From the NCBI RefSeq assembly GCF_004010195.1, contig NC_057717.1:107033474-107097473 (forward strand): DNA of 64,000 nt, read 5' to 3'. The notes under the pieces are model-generated. The model saw only the letters and a program-made list of their open reading frames with translations. It ran no database searches and was not told the DNA's origin. Both the position numbers and the translations under genes were made by a program. Positions 13,301 to 26,348 of this stretch are shown one piece after another. Position 1 is the first letter of the stretch. Every line of letters begins with the position of its first letter. This stretch comes from Chiloscyllium plagiosum. Lineage: Eukaryota.

Positions 13301-16300
13301 ACATTAGGATCAGGAGTAATAGCCACATGTAAATTAGTAGCAGGAGTAGTAGCCACATGTAAATTAGGATCAGGAGTAATAGCCACATGTAAATTAGGAG
13401 CTGGAGTAAAAGCCACATGGAAAATTAGGAGCAAGAGTAATAGCCACATGTAAATTACGAACAGGAGTTGTAGCCACGTGTAAATTAGGAGCAAGTGTAA
13501 TAGCCACATGCAAATTAGAAGCAGGAGTAATAGTCACATGTACATTAGGATCAGGAGTAGTAGCCACATGTAAATTAGGAGTAGGAGTAATAGCCACATG
13601 TACATTAGGATCAGGAGTAATAGCCACATGTAAATAAGGAGCAAGGATAATAGCCACATGTAAATTAGGAGCAGGAGTAATAGCCACATGTAAATTAGGA
13701 GCAGGAGTAATAGCTGCATGCAAATTAGGAGCAGGAGTAGTAGCCACATGTAAATTAGGAGCAGGGGTAATAGGCGCATGCAGATTAGGAGCAGGAATGG
13801 TAGCCACATGTAAATTAGGAGCAAGGGTAACAGTCACATGTAAATTTGGAGCAGGAATAATAGCCATAGGTCAATAAGGAGCAAGGATACAGCCGCATGC
13901 AAATTAGGAGCAGGAGTAGTAGCCACATGTAAATTAGGAACAATGGAAACAGCCATATGCAAATTAGGAGCAGGAGTAGTAGCCACATGTAAATTAGGAG
14001 CAGGAGTAATAGCCACATTTAAATTAGGAGCAGGTGGAATAGCCACATTTAAATTAGGAGCAGGTGGAATACCCACATGTAAATTAGGACAAGGAGTAAT
14101 AGCCACATGTAAATTAGGAACAGGAGTAATAGCCACATGTAAATTAGGAGCAGGTGTAATACCCACATGTAAATTAGGACAAGGAGTAATAGCCACATGC
14201 AAAATAGGAGCAGGAGTAATAGCCACATGTAAATTAGGAGCAAGGATAATAGCCACGTGTAAATTAGGAGCAGGAGTATAGCCACATGTAAATTAGGAAC
14301 AGGAGTAATAGCCACATGTAAATTAGGAACAGTTGTGATACCCACATGTAAATTAGGACAATGAGTAATAGCCACATGCAAATTAAGAGCAGGAGTAGTA
14401 GCCACATGTAAATTAGGAGCTGGAGTAGTAGCCACATGTAAATTAGGAGCTGGAGTAGTAGCCACATGTACATTAGGAGCTGGAGTAGTAGCCACATGTA
14501 CATTAGGAGCAAAGGTAACAGCCACATGCAAATTAGGAGCAGGAGTAATAGCCACATGTACATTAGGACAAGGAATAATAGCCATATGCAAATTAAGAGC
14601 AGGAGTAATAACCACATGTAAATTAGGACAAGGAATAATAACCATATGCAAATTAAGAGCAGGAGTAATAGCCACATGTAAATTAGGAGCAAGACTAATA
14701 GCCACGTGTAAATTAGGAGCAGGAGTAGTAGCCACATGTCAATAAGGGGCAAGGATACAGCCGCATGTAAATTAGGAACAGGAGTAATAGCCACATTTAA
14801 ATTAGGAGCAGGTGTAATACCCACATGTAAATTAGGACAAGGACTAATAGCCACATGCAAATTAGGAGCAGGAGTAGTAGCCACAGGTCAATAAGGAGCA
14901 AGGATACAGCCGCATGCAAATTAGGAGCAAGGGTAACAGCCGCATGCAAATTAGGAGCAGGAGTAGTAGCCACATGTAAATTAGGACAAGGAATAATAGC
15001 CACATGTAAATTAAGAGCAGGAGTAATAGCCACATGTAAATTAGGAGCAGGAGTAGTAGCCACATGTCAATTAGGAGCAGGAGTACTAGCCCAATGAAAA
15101 TTGGAGCAGGAGGAGTAGCCACCTGTAAATTAGGAGCAGGAGTAATAGCAACATGTAACTTAGGAGCAGGAGTAATAGCCACATGTAAATTAGGAGCAGG
15201 AGTATAGCCACATGTAAATTAGGAACAGGAGTAATAGCCACATGTAAATTAGGAGCAGGAGTAATAGCCACATGTAAATTAGGAGCAGGAGTAGTAGCCA
15301 CATGTAAATTAGGAGCAGGAGTAATAGCCGAATGCGAATTAGGAGCAGGAGTAGTAGCCACATGTAAATTAGGAGCAGGAGTAATAGCCGCATGTTAATT
15401 TGGAGCAGGAGTAATAGCCGCATGTAAATTAGGAGCAGGAGTAAAAGCCACATTTGAATTAGGAGCAGGAATAGTAGCCACATGTAAATTAGGAGCAAGG
15501 GTAATAGCCACATGTAAATTAGAAGCAGGAGTAATAGCCACATGTACATTAGGATCAGGAGTAATAGCCACATGTAAATTAGGAGCAGGAGCAGTGGCCA
15601 CATGAACATTAGGAGCATTAGTAATAGCCACACGTAATTTTGGATCGGGGTAATAGCCACATGTAAATTAGGAGGAGGAACAGCTACATGTAAATTAGGA
15701 TGAGGAGTATTAGCTATATGTAAATTAGGAGCAGGAGTGGGAGCCACATGTAAATTACAATCGAGGTAATAGCCACATGTAAATTAGGAGCAAGGATACT
15801 AGCTGCATGTACATTAGGAGCAGGAATAGTAGCCGCATGTAAATTAGGAGCAGGAGTAATAGCCACATGTAAATTAGGATCAAGGATATTAGCCGCATGT
15901 AAATTAGGAGCAGGAGAAAAAGCCGCATTTAAATAAGGAGCAGGAGTAGTAGCCACATGTAAATTAGGATCAGGAGTAATAGCCACATGTAAATTAGGAG
16001 CAGGAATAATAGCCACATGTAGATTAGGAGCAAGGGTAATAGTCACATGTAAATTAGGAGCAAGGATAATAGCCACATGTACATGAGGAACAGACGTTGT
16101 AGCCACATGTAAATTAGGAACAGGAGTAATAGCCACATGAAAATTTTGATCGGGGTAATAGCCACATGTAGGAGCAGGAGTATAGCCACATGTAAATAAG
16201 GAGCAGGAATAATACACACATGTAAATTAGGAGCAGGAGTAATAGCCACATGCAAATTAGGAGCAGGAGTAATAGCCACATGTAAATTAGAAGCAGGAGT

Positions 16301-16910
16301 ATAGCCACATGTAAATAAGGAGCAGGAATAATACACACATGTAAATTAGGAGCAGGAGTATAGCCACATGTAAATTAGGAACAGGAGTAATAGCCACATG
16401 TAAATTAAGAATAGGAGTAATAGCCACATGTAAATTAGGAGCAGGAGTAATAGCCGCATGTATATTAGGAGCAGTAGTAATAGCCACACGTAAATTAGGA
16501 TCAGGAGTAATAGCCACATGTAAATTAGGAGCAGGAGTAGTAGCCACATGAAAATTTTGATCAGGGTAATAGCCACATGTAAATAGGAGCAAGGATAATA
16601 GTTGCATGTAAATTAGGAACAAGAATAGTAGCCACATGTAAATTAGGATCAGGGGTAATATCCATATGTAAATTAGGAGCAAAGATAATAGCCACGTGTA
16701 AATTAGGATCAGGAGTAATAGCCTGATCGGGGTAATAGCCACATGTAGGAGCAGGAGTAATAGCCACATGTAAATTAGAGCAGGGGTAAAATCCACATGT
16801 AAATTAGGAGCAAGGATAATAGCCACATGTACATTAGGATCAGGAGTAATAGTCACATGTAAATTAGGATCAGTAGTAACAGCCAGATGTAAATTAGGAG
16901 CAGGAGTAGC
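10360..16910. repeat. Large 30-bp minisatellite (gccacatgtaaattaggagcaggagtaata)n, roughly 200 sequenced copies, spanning gap 11329-11828
   Basis: Direct repetition; produces spurious (NLHVAITPAP)n and (MWLLLLLLIY)n ORFs. Confidence 0.97.
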
Positions 16911-16978
16911 CCGCTCAGCTCTCGAACCTGCTCTGCCTTTCCATTAGATAATGGCTGATCTGATTATTCCCACATTCC
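16890..16978 (-). mobile_element. CR1 3'-terminal remnant continuous with the minisatellite
   Basis: aaattaggagcaggagtagcccgctcagctctcgaacctgctctgcc...atggctgatc aligns by eye with the reverse complement of the CR1 tail at 40360-40436. Confidence 0.7.
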
Positions 16979-18579
16979 AGTGTGACAGACAAGAGTGAAG
17001 AAAACATAAACTGTCAGAAAGAAGATAATAATTCTTAGATACACCCTCCCTGCAGAACTTTAAGTGCCTGAAGTATACTCATCCTGCCCTGTATTATGTG
17101 CACTGTCCCCACCCTCATTAGTTGCATTAGGAGTTGGAAGAGTTTCACATTTGTTGTGCTTATATGCTGCTACACAGCATCTAAATGGGACATTCTTCTC
17201 TGTAGCTGCTGCCATACTCACTCTCTCTGCCCTGATACAACAGAGTTATGGCAATGTAGGGGCGAACCTACAGTACATCAGCTTATCACCACCTTCTCAA
17301 GGGCAATTAGGGATGGGGAATAAATGATGACCCAGCCAATCATGCCCAGATTACACGAGTGAATAAACAAATGTTTCTCACACATAATGTTCCTGCTTTA
17401 CTCCCAAGCCTGGTGCCTGTTTACTAAGTCTGACCTCTCCAATGCTTTTCTCGCACTTTACTACTCATGTTGCATCTTCCATTTCATAACCTTGCTTGCA
17501 CTGTACAATATCACAATCAATACTCCCTGTATCCAGAGATTGCTTTGTCACCATTTCTTCACAATATCTTTGTTCTAGCATTTTCCTGACACAGTTAGAG
17601 CTCCATGAGCTGAGAGCTTCAAGTTCCACTGGCTGTTTGCTTTGAGTTAGACACTGCTGGGTGAATACTTGACAGCTCAGAATTGGCTCCAATTGCAAGG
17701 CAGCTCAATCATATCTAAGATTAGAAGGAATCACTTCACCATCTCTGTTGTCAGCCCGTTACCTTTTGTCTCCGCTGAGAGGCCCAGACATGTAGAAGTC
17801 AGTCAGAAATTAAAATAGCCCCAAAATATATGTAATTTTATTTACATGGTATGCAACTGTGGATGAAAAGAGTGAGGGATCAACACTGTTCCAGATTCCA
17901 TTGTAGCTAAACAACAGAAACTGAGTGACAAGCAAAGCAATGGTGAGAAACAGAGAGAGGAAATGAGAAGAGCAGATGGAGAGAAATTAGACAGAGCCAG
18001 CAGAATAAACTTTCTGGAAGAATTCGGCTTCTCTGAGGCAGAAGTTTCAAACTGTATGCAGATGGAAGTGATATATTTTGAAATCCTGTGTAAAGCCTTC
18101 AAAGGTTCTTGGGCCTACAGCATGCTAAGCACAGCTAAAAGCTGTAAATGCAGTGAAAATCTTGGTGAAAAAAACAGCCACAGGATGAGGCTCACCAGCA
18201 CCAGGTGTCATGGCACAGGCTGGGGATAGCTCTTGGCAGCATGCTAGTACCCTCGATTGGGGCTAAATGGAGCATCTCCTCCCCTCCAGCTCTCCCAGGG
18301 AACAAGATGGAACCTGGAGCAAGACAGGATGACTTGCTTGTCTCAATGAGAAAAACATCACAGAGAAAGAAGCAGGCAGCCCTTCAAAATGCATTTCTGC
18401 GATTTTGGAATCACAAAGAATTTGATACAGCATGGAAAAAATGATTCATCACTTGTGATGTGTTTGTTCTAGGCTGATTTAACATTATGAACTCTCTTTT
18501 TTGAATTCAAGGCTACCTTGGTTCTATTACTACATATTATCTCCTCAAGCTGTATAATTTAATATAAATACTATGGCTT

Positions 18580-19175
18580 CAAGAATAGGTCAGAGGCTGG
18601 GAATCTTGCAGTAACTCACCTCCTAACTCCTCAAAGGCTGTCCACCATCTACAAGGCACAATCAGGAGTGTGATGGAATACTCCCCACTTGCCTGGATGG
18701 GTGCAGCTCCAACAACACTCAAGAAGCTTGACACCATCCAGGACAAAGCAGTCCATTTCATTGGCACTACATCCACAAGCATTCACTCCCTCCACCACCG
18801 ACACTCAGTAGCAGCTGTGTGTTCCATCTATAAGATGCATGGCAGAAATTCACCAAGGCTCCTTAGACAGCACCTTCCAAACCCATGACCACTTCCACCA
18901 AGAAGGACAAGGGCAGCAGGTATATGGGAACACCACCCCCTGCAAGACCCCTCCAAAATACTCACATTCCTGACATGGAAATATATTACTGTTCCTTCAA
19001 TGTTGCTGGTTCAAAACCCTGGAATTCCCTCCCTTACAGTATTGTGGCTGTCTACACCAAATGAACTGCAACAGTTCAAGAAGGCAGCTTTATCACCATC
19101 TTCTCAAGGACAACTAGGGATGAGCAATTATTGCTGGCCAAGCCAGCGACAGTCACAACCCATGAGTGAATTTTT
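18580..19175 (+). mobile_element. Old non-LTR retrotransposon (CR1-group LINE) 3' fragment; related pieces ~28380-29170 plus, ~29220-29740 minus, ~53010-53125 minus, ~63205-63830 minus
   Basis: RT C-terminal motif MEYSPLAWMGAAPTTLKKLDTIQDKA and tail gggcaactagggatg; repeated across the window. Confidence 0.7.
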
Positions 19176-19574
19176 AAAAAGGCAAGTAAAAGAGAGTGCA
19201 AATTGGTAGCTCCTTAACACCCCAATCCACGTACTCTTCCATTGAAATATGTGGGTGCGTTTAAGTGTGTGTGTGGATCCAAGTGAATGTGAGAATTAGT
19301 GTGAATGAATTCAACTGTATAGGACTGAATATAGCATTCAAAGTGTCTGGGTGGGATTTTATGAATGTTTGCATGTGAGTGCGATTTTTATGTAAATGAA
19401 TGAATATGCAATTGGAAGGGTGTTAGACTATGACTGTACGTGAGTGACTGTTTCAGGGGAAGAGGGTGTGTATTTAACATAATATGGCCTGAACATTCCT
19501 GATCACCAAATGATTGGCATGGGTTTTTAGCTCTGTCTAAGATGCTTGAGAGGATTAAGAAATAGAATATCAAA

Positions 19575-20300
19575 AATAGAAGCAAACACAGGGCATTCAA
19601 CCTCTCAAGCCTGCCCTACCATTCAGACAAGGTTAGGTTTGAACTGCAACAGCTTCCAGTCCTTTTTCAGGTCTGCTCATCATAGCTCTCAACATTGGAA
19701 TCTCCTAGATTGATATCACAAATATCTCAATATCAATATCCCAAAAATCTAACTAACTCCAATAAATACGTGCAGGGATCCAGTCTCCACAGTTCTCTGG
19801 AGTAGAGACTTTTAGAGATTTACTACTCTGGGAGAAATAAAGTTCTTTATATCTCAGTTTTAAATAGTGTCTCCTTTTTCTATAACTATGTCTTCTAGTT
19901 CAAGGCTCCCCCACTCGTAGAGACATCTTCTCAACTTCTATTCTATCAAGGCCTCTCAGACTCTTGAATGTTTCAATAAGATCATCATCATTCTTTTAAA
20001 CTCTAACAAATAAAGGCCTGACCTGTTTAACCATTCCTGTTAAGTCAATCCTTTCATCCCAGGATCAGCCAGTGAATCTCTTTTGAACTGCCTCTAATGT
20101 CAGTGTATCCTTTTGTATATTTGGGGACCAACACAGTTCACAACAGTCCAGGAGCAGCCTCACCAACAGCCTCTACAGTTGTAGCAAGACTTCCTTATTT
20201 TTAAATTCCAACCCCCTAGCAGCAAAGCACAAAAATTCAATTTGTTTTCTTAATTACTTGCTATATCTGCATATTAACCTTTTGTGTTTCATGCACACCA
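19575..20300 (-). mobile_element. Decayed CR1 3' fragment
   Basis: Nucleotide similarity to other CR1 copies (tttcaataagatc, ggggaccaa...cagtccagg...tacagttgtagcaag). Confidence 0.6.
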
Positions 20301-20559
20301 TCCAGACTCCTCTGCACTCCCTCCTGCTCTCGATGAAGCTGCTATGCCCACTCTCTCCCTTATGTTGTTTGATCTGCTCTCTTCCCTTCAGTAAACCTCT
20401 CTTTAACCTGCTCTTTATTGAACTTCCGTCCCTCCTCTATCTCCCAAAGGGTCCTCCTCTGTCTTGCTGTTTCAGGTTTCAGTGACTTTCTGCAGGTCCA
20501 CATCCTTCCCAGGTTTTGGATTAAATTCAAGTAGGAATAAGGGTATACTGAGTGGACCC

Positions 20560-21395
20560 AGACACAGGAGTAAGAGAGATAGTGAGTGATGGTCAGGCAG
20601 AGGAGTGAGGGGGATAGTGAGTGAGGGTCAGGGAGAAGAGTGAGGGGGATAGTGAGTGAGGGTAAGGGAGAGGACTAAGAGGGATAGAGGGTGAGAGTAA
20701 GGGAGAGGAGTGAGGGGGATAGTGGGTGAGGATCAGAGAGATGAGTGAGGGAGGAAAGTGAGTGATGGTCAGGGAGAGGGGTGAAGGGGAATTTGAGTGA
20801 AGGNNNNNNNNNNNNNNNNNNNNNNNNNNNNNNNNNNNNNNNNNNNNNNNNNNNNNNNNNNNNNNNNNNNNNNNNNNNNNNNNNNNNNNNNNNNNNNNNN
20901 NNNNNNNNNNNNNNNNNNNNNNNNNNNNNNNNNNNNNNNNNNNNNNNNNNNNNNNNNNNNNNNNNNNNNNNNNNNNNNNNNNNNNNNNNNNNNNNNNNNN
21001 NNNNNNNNNNNNNNNNNNNNNNNNNNNNNNNNNNNNNNNNNNNNNNNNNNNNNNNNNNNNNNNNNNNNNNNNNNNNNNNNNNNNNNNNNNNNNNNNNNNN
21101 NNNNNNNNNNNNNNNNNNNNNNNNNNNNNNNNNNNNNNNNNNNNNNNNNNNNNNNNNNNNNNNNNNNNNNNNNTGAGGGTCAGAGTGAGGGGGATAGTGA
21201 GTGAGGGGCATAGTGAGTGAGGGTCAGAGAGAGGATTGAGGGGGATAGTGAGTGAGGGTCACACAGAGGAGTGAGGGGGTGCAGGATGAGGGCAGAGAGA
21301 AGTTAGGAGGATAGTGAGTGAGAGCCTGGGAGAGTTGTGAGGGGGACTGAGAATGAGGGCCAAAGTGAGAGGTGAGGGAGATAGTGTGTGAGGCA
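20560..21395. repeat. GA-rich degenerate minisatellite (gagtgagggggatagtgagtgagggtcag) spanning gap 20804-21173
   Basis: Direct repetition on both sides of the gap. Confidence 0.85.
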
Positions 21396-21953
21396 CACAG
21401 TGACACTGCTATACAGAAATTTACAATTAGCATGAATTTTTGTTGCACGATTTAGCTGTCATTAGAAATCATCTGAATTATTGGCAGGGAATTCAGTAAA
21501 TTTTTTTTCTAATTTGCTTTATCTATAGTTATTCAGTTACTCTACAGACCTGCAGATTCATTGGTTGTGACATTGTATGAAGATGGTGTGTTTATTATCA
21601 CCACCATACATCTGATACTCGATTAGTCACCCATATTTAACAACTTTATTCACTGTGACTCTGTGAAGGTCAAAACTGATTTAATATTGAATTGATTCAG
21701 GGATAATCAGAAAAAGTGAAAAGCAAAGATACGAAAAACCTCAGAGGCAGACTGTCATTGCAACAAAGGGAAAAAGAAGGAGAGTGGGATAGACAGGTCA
21801 CCACAAGCGACATGTTCAGTAAGAGGGACAGAGTGCGTCCTCAGGAGAGACACAGAGAATGAAAAACAGGCAGACTGAGACAGAGAAAGAGGTGCAGAAA
21901 TACACAGCTCAGTCTGACACACAGATAGCTACAACTGTCTTACTATAATAATC

Positions 21954-22112
21954 AAAGTAAAAAATTACACAACACTAGGTTATAGTCCAACAGGTTTATT
22001 TGGAATTACAAGCTTTCAGAGTGCTGCTCCTTCATCAGGTAGCTGTTGGACTATAACCTGGTATTGTGTGGTTTTTAACTTTATCCACCCCAGTCCAACA
22101 CCAGCACCTCCA
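21954..22112. mobile_element. PLE pLTR (second family), inverted, with a hammerhead-like core on the minus strand
   Basis: The minus strand reads cctgatgaaggagcagcactctgaaagcttg; flanked by ttatagtccaacag / ctgttggactataa inverted arms. Confidence 0.7.
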
Positions 22113-24147
22113 TATTATAATAACCAAGAAAGAGAAGTATTAGATTATTTATCAGAGGTAAGGAATACTTAGTAAAGAATATTCTTTACAGCTGCACCTC
22201 TTCATAAGTATTGCTAGCTCTTATATATTTTCTATGTCACTGACACTTCATCCTACATTGCAATACAAAGTTGTTTGCAACAATATTTGGCCTGATATTG
22301 TTGCCTTCATTCTACTGAATGACCAGGTGAGCATCCAACCAGATACTCACTTTTTAAAAAAGTGTCCAAAATATCCAAGGCGTTGGTGATTAAAAGTTTC
22401 AAAAACTAATGTCACCCAGTGGTCACTGCCCAGAACATGCTCTTGTTGAAATCTGACAGATAAGTTCACCCAACAACATGAGGAATTCACTGGGATCAAG
22501 TGATGTTTATATCCAGGAGAGAGATTAAACAGGAATTGTTGATATGAAGACAATGTTAATTTTGTTGTATAAAGTGGGAGGTATGTACCTTGTGAAGGCT
22601 GGGATTTCTTTCCTTTACTTGACAAACTCCCACTCCTAATATAGTGCCTAGATGGCTGCTTCTCTCGACACAGCTCCTCTGACTGGGTGACTTGTGTTTG
22701 AGTGTTTCTGGAAACAGTCTCAGAATAGAACTGTGTACAGCTCCCAGGAGCTAAGTATCATATCAACAGCATAATTTTAAAAAAGTTTGCAGTTAACCTC
22801 TTGGAAGTTTGAAGGCAGCTTGAGCTTCCTAATGGCAAATATCAGGAATCCCTTTTGAAGGCATTTGCATGTCATGGATGTCCATTAAAAGGTGAACTCA
22901 GCAGAATCAAATAGCCTCTTCCAATTAAGTCATTTGTGAAGTAGCAATGTGTGCCTTTCAATTCCCAACAGCGTATAAGAATCACACAGCAGGTGGAGGC
23001 ATCAGAGGGTAGCCACTGCTTTGGACTCCTTCTGGAGCATTTGTCAATGTCAGGCCAAAATTCAGATCGATTGACAATAATCTAGGTTGCAAGGTGCACA
23101 GAGAATGATTAAGGAAGAGAGGGCACAGACCAAAGAGTGGACATTTGTCTGGGGAAAGGAGCGAGGTTGAAAGGGTGGAACAGTCAAAATATTTAACTGA
23201 AGGCACTCACTGACCCCGATAGTGCTCCTGGCAAAGAGGGAATGAATGTCTGTCTAGCTGCTCTTTAACTATGAACCAGGACCTTTGACCCCATAAGACT
23301 ACGCAGGGATGTCAACTTCCTGCTGGCTCCAGCCACAAGGTTCCCTGAGCTCCTTGATTGAGCAGATGTAATTGTGCAAGAAAAGCCAGACAAAGGTGCC
23401 ACCGAGCCTAGACTTATTTAGAATGTGCTCAATTCATCACAGTACAGATTGGGAAAACTACAACAGGCATCAAAACAGCAACAATAGGTACCTTTAATAT
23501 AGTTTATAAACATTTGGATATTAATTTTGGTAACTAAAAGTTTAGTCACAGAAAGTAAGTTTCAAAGCAGAGGTAGAGGTAATAACGATTACAATAAATA
23601 TTTCAGAGATGAGGGGCCCAAGCAGCTCAAAACATGGCTATCCAACGGAGGAGGCAATGGCAATCACAATTCAACCGTCCACTCGTCTGTGAACTATCAT
23701 TCTTCCACCCTTTTTCTTGCAGACTTTGCACCTTGTCTCAATCTGTTTGCAATATTATGTCAGGACTACATGATGTTAATTGTACAAAGGAAGAGGACAG
23801 TGGATATACAAAACTATGTCTGCATGATTAGTGTTGCATCATAGCCTGCCTGTCCAGTGCGCAAAAATGCTATTTATTTATTTATCAAACGTTACCAAAT
23901 GCTGACTTTGCACCCAGTGGTGACGCACTGTCCAGTCAGTGTAATTAGCTACAGACCTCTGATCAAATATCCAGCCAAACATCTGCAGAAATACTTTACA
24001 AACTCTCAAATTTGCTGCTGCGTTGCAGGCACTTACTCCAGTATTCTACCTGCTGTATTTCAGAATCCAGGAGTAGAGCCACTATAAACAGTGGAGGAAT
24101 TTCTGCAAGGGACAATGTTACATCATAGAGCAGGTCCTTAAGAAAGA

Positions 24148-24440
24148 AAACAACATGCATTTCTAAGGTACTTTTCTTAATTTTAGGACTAACATTCAGA
24201 AAGCTAAGTACTTTCAAAGCACAGTCACTATTACAATGTACAAAGTGTGACTGCCAATTTGAGCATAGCAAGGCCCCAATATCAGCATAATAGCCAGGCA
24301 GTCTGTTACAATGATTTTACTTGGGGGAGGATAGTCCTAGAGATCCCTCAACTCCTCTGCTCTTCTTCAAAATGTTGCAATGTTTAGCATTGAAGTGAGA
24401 GCACAGAAAGTGCCTCAGTTTAAAGTCTTATGCAAAAGGA
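24148..24440 (-). mobile_element. Ancient DeuSINE (SacSINE1/AmnSINE1-like) remnant; second copy ~35570-35780 plus
   Basis: Resembles the remembered Deu domain (aagtacttt.aag..cagtcact.tt..aatgta...gccaatttg.gca.agcaag). Confidence 0.55.
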
Positions 24441-26036
24441 AACATCAGTGCAATCATGGAGTTACAGTGAGCATCTTTCTCACTGTCTACTTCAACAGCA
24501 TGTGGGTACCATGAAACCTACTCATAAATAACTGTCACAATTGAGGAGCAATCAACACGTGAAGCATTGAGACATTCAAAGAGTGGAATATTCGGACCTA
24601 TTATAACTACGACTCGGGGTGAGGTCACAAAACAAGAGAGAAAAATGGCTCCACCCACTAACTAATGCAATTCCATCCTGGCAACCATTAAATAAGCATT
24701 TCCTGAACTGCAGACCACCTCATTAAACCAATCTTTCATACAGTCATTTGACTGTCTATTTATTCAGGCACTAAGTGGGAACAAATGGCATATCACATCG
24801 ACTGAACATCAAAGCTTACAATATGCATGAACCAACACCTATGAAGTAATAAAGATCGAATTATCACTAGTAATTGGTTAACAGTGACACTAACCTTTAA
24901 ATGGCTACTTTCTTCTGCTTCCCTATGATTCCTGAGAAGATTGCATTCTGCTGTGTGCTCTCCCCAGTATGAAACTCCGCCAACTGTTGCTATAATTTTC
25001 TCTAATCCTCTGAAGCTGCTGATTCAAGTGGGGTCACTCTCAAAGTTGCTGAAAGCTCCCAGACACCTTCTCTGTTCCTGGATGTTGAGTCTGAGTGACC
25101 TTGAGCAAGTGCATCAGTGGATATTGATTAGAAGTGAGGAGGTTGCCTGACCTTTCCCCTCAGTAATAGGGTTCCTGATAACTACAGCCCTGGTTGAATC
25201 TGTGAGTATGGACCAGAAACTAAACCTTAAACCCTTATTTATATGGCTCAGCATGTCATTATCATGGATCAGAACCCTGAAGAACTGTGACACATTTTTA
25301 ACTCATAAATTCAAAATGTATTTTTAAAAAGAGAGAAAATTCAGCCAAAAAATGGCTGCAGAAATACATCAAGTGGCAAACAGAGACCCACGGAATGCCA
25401 CACATAAAGATGTGAAAGGTACTTCAAACAACAACCTTTCAAATGGGGAGGGAAGGGGCAAGATAAACAGACTGGACGGTGATCTCTAGTGACTACTAAA
25501 GAAGGCTGAACACATCCTTCTCAACAGCAAGCCAGCCTCTGCAAATTGTGCCCAAACCTTCAGAAATATATTGTGGTTTCCCTTTGGAGGGTAAACAAGG
25601 ATGGATATTAAAAAGCTAATTTCATCTCTACTGGAGTGCGCTAGTGGAACTGAGCTTCTCATGTATGCCAATGGACTAAGACACCTGTGTGTACTAACCT
25701 CATTTCAAGCGTTAGCATACAAAGAAGATCACAGTTGAAGAACTTACCCCTGATCAACCCTGTGATGCAAATAAAATTGATTTTTAACTCTGAACATGAA
25801 AAGTCCACTGGCTAGCAAGCCAGAAGTAAAGACTCTCTTTCACCAAAGTCAATATTGCCAGTAATATCCACTGCAATGGTTGCAACATTCAACTGTCTGT
25901 TCTTTACAGTCAATTCAGTAACTGATCTGTATCTCTCTTTTTAAAAAAAATATTTATCTTTTGTGGTTCACCTCTTATCTTTAGTATGTGTCTATGTGTG
26001 TTGCTGTACTAATTTTTTTGTGTCTAGCAATGAATG

Positions 26037-26348
26037 GGGTGGCACGGTGGATCAGTGGTTAGCACTGCTGCTGCACAGCGCCAGGGCCCCAGGTTCAATT
26101 CAAGTCTTGGGTGATTATCTGTGTGGAGTTTGCGCATTCTCCCCGTGTCTGTGCGGGTTTCCTCTGGGTGCTCCAGTTTCCTTCCACAGTCCAAAGATGT
26201 CCATGCCAGGTGAATTGGCCATGCTAAGTTGCCCATAGTGCTAGGTGCATTAGTCAGAGGGAACTGGGTCTGGGGGGGTTACTCTTTGGAGGGTTGGTGT
26301 GGATTTGTTGGGCTGAATGGTCTGTTTCCACACTATAAGGAATCTAAA
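26037..26348 (+). mobile_element. HE1-type V-SINE
   Basis: tRNA-like head ggcacggtgg..cagtggttagcactgctg, V-domain tgtggagtttgc.cattctccccgtgtct, and CR1-like tail. Confidence 0.9.

Noticed and set aside
10307..16856. Many long ORFs such as (NLHVAITPAP)n and poly-Leu
   Set aside because: Artefact of a 30-bp stop-poor unit; frames shift repeatedly and there is no unique coding flank.
10360..16910. CRISPR-like regular repeat
   Set aside because: Head-to-tail units with no unique spacers, in a eukaryotic context.
17963..18444. Adjacent plus-strand ORFs in unique DNA
   Set aside because: No recognisable motif, and the lengths are compatible with chance.
22347..22625. Minus-strand ORF ending at a phase-2 donor, as another PDE4 first exon
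   Set aside because: Starts at TTG, has no in-frame ATG, and shows no similarity to known PDE4 N-termini.
26037..26110. tRNA gene
   Set aside because: tRNA-derived head of an HE1 SINE; the same applies to the other copies.
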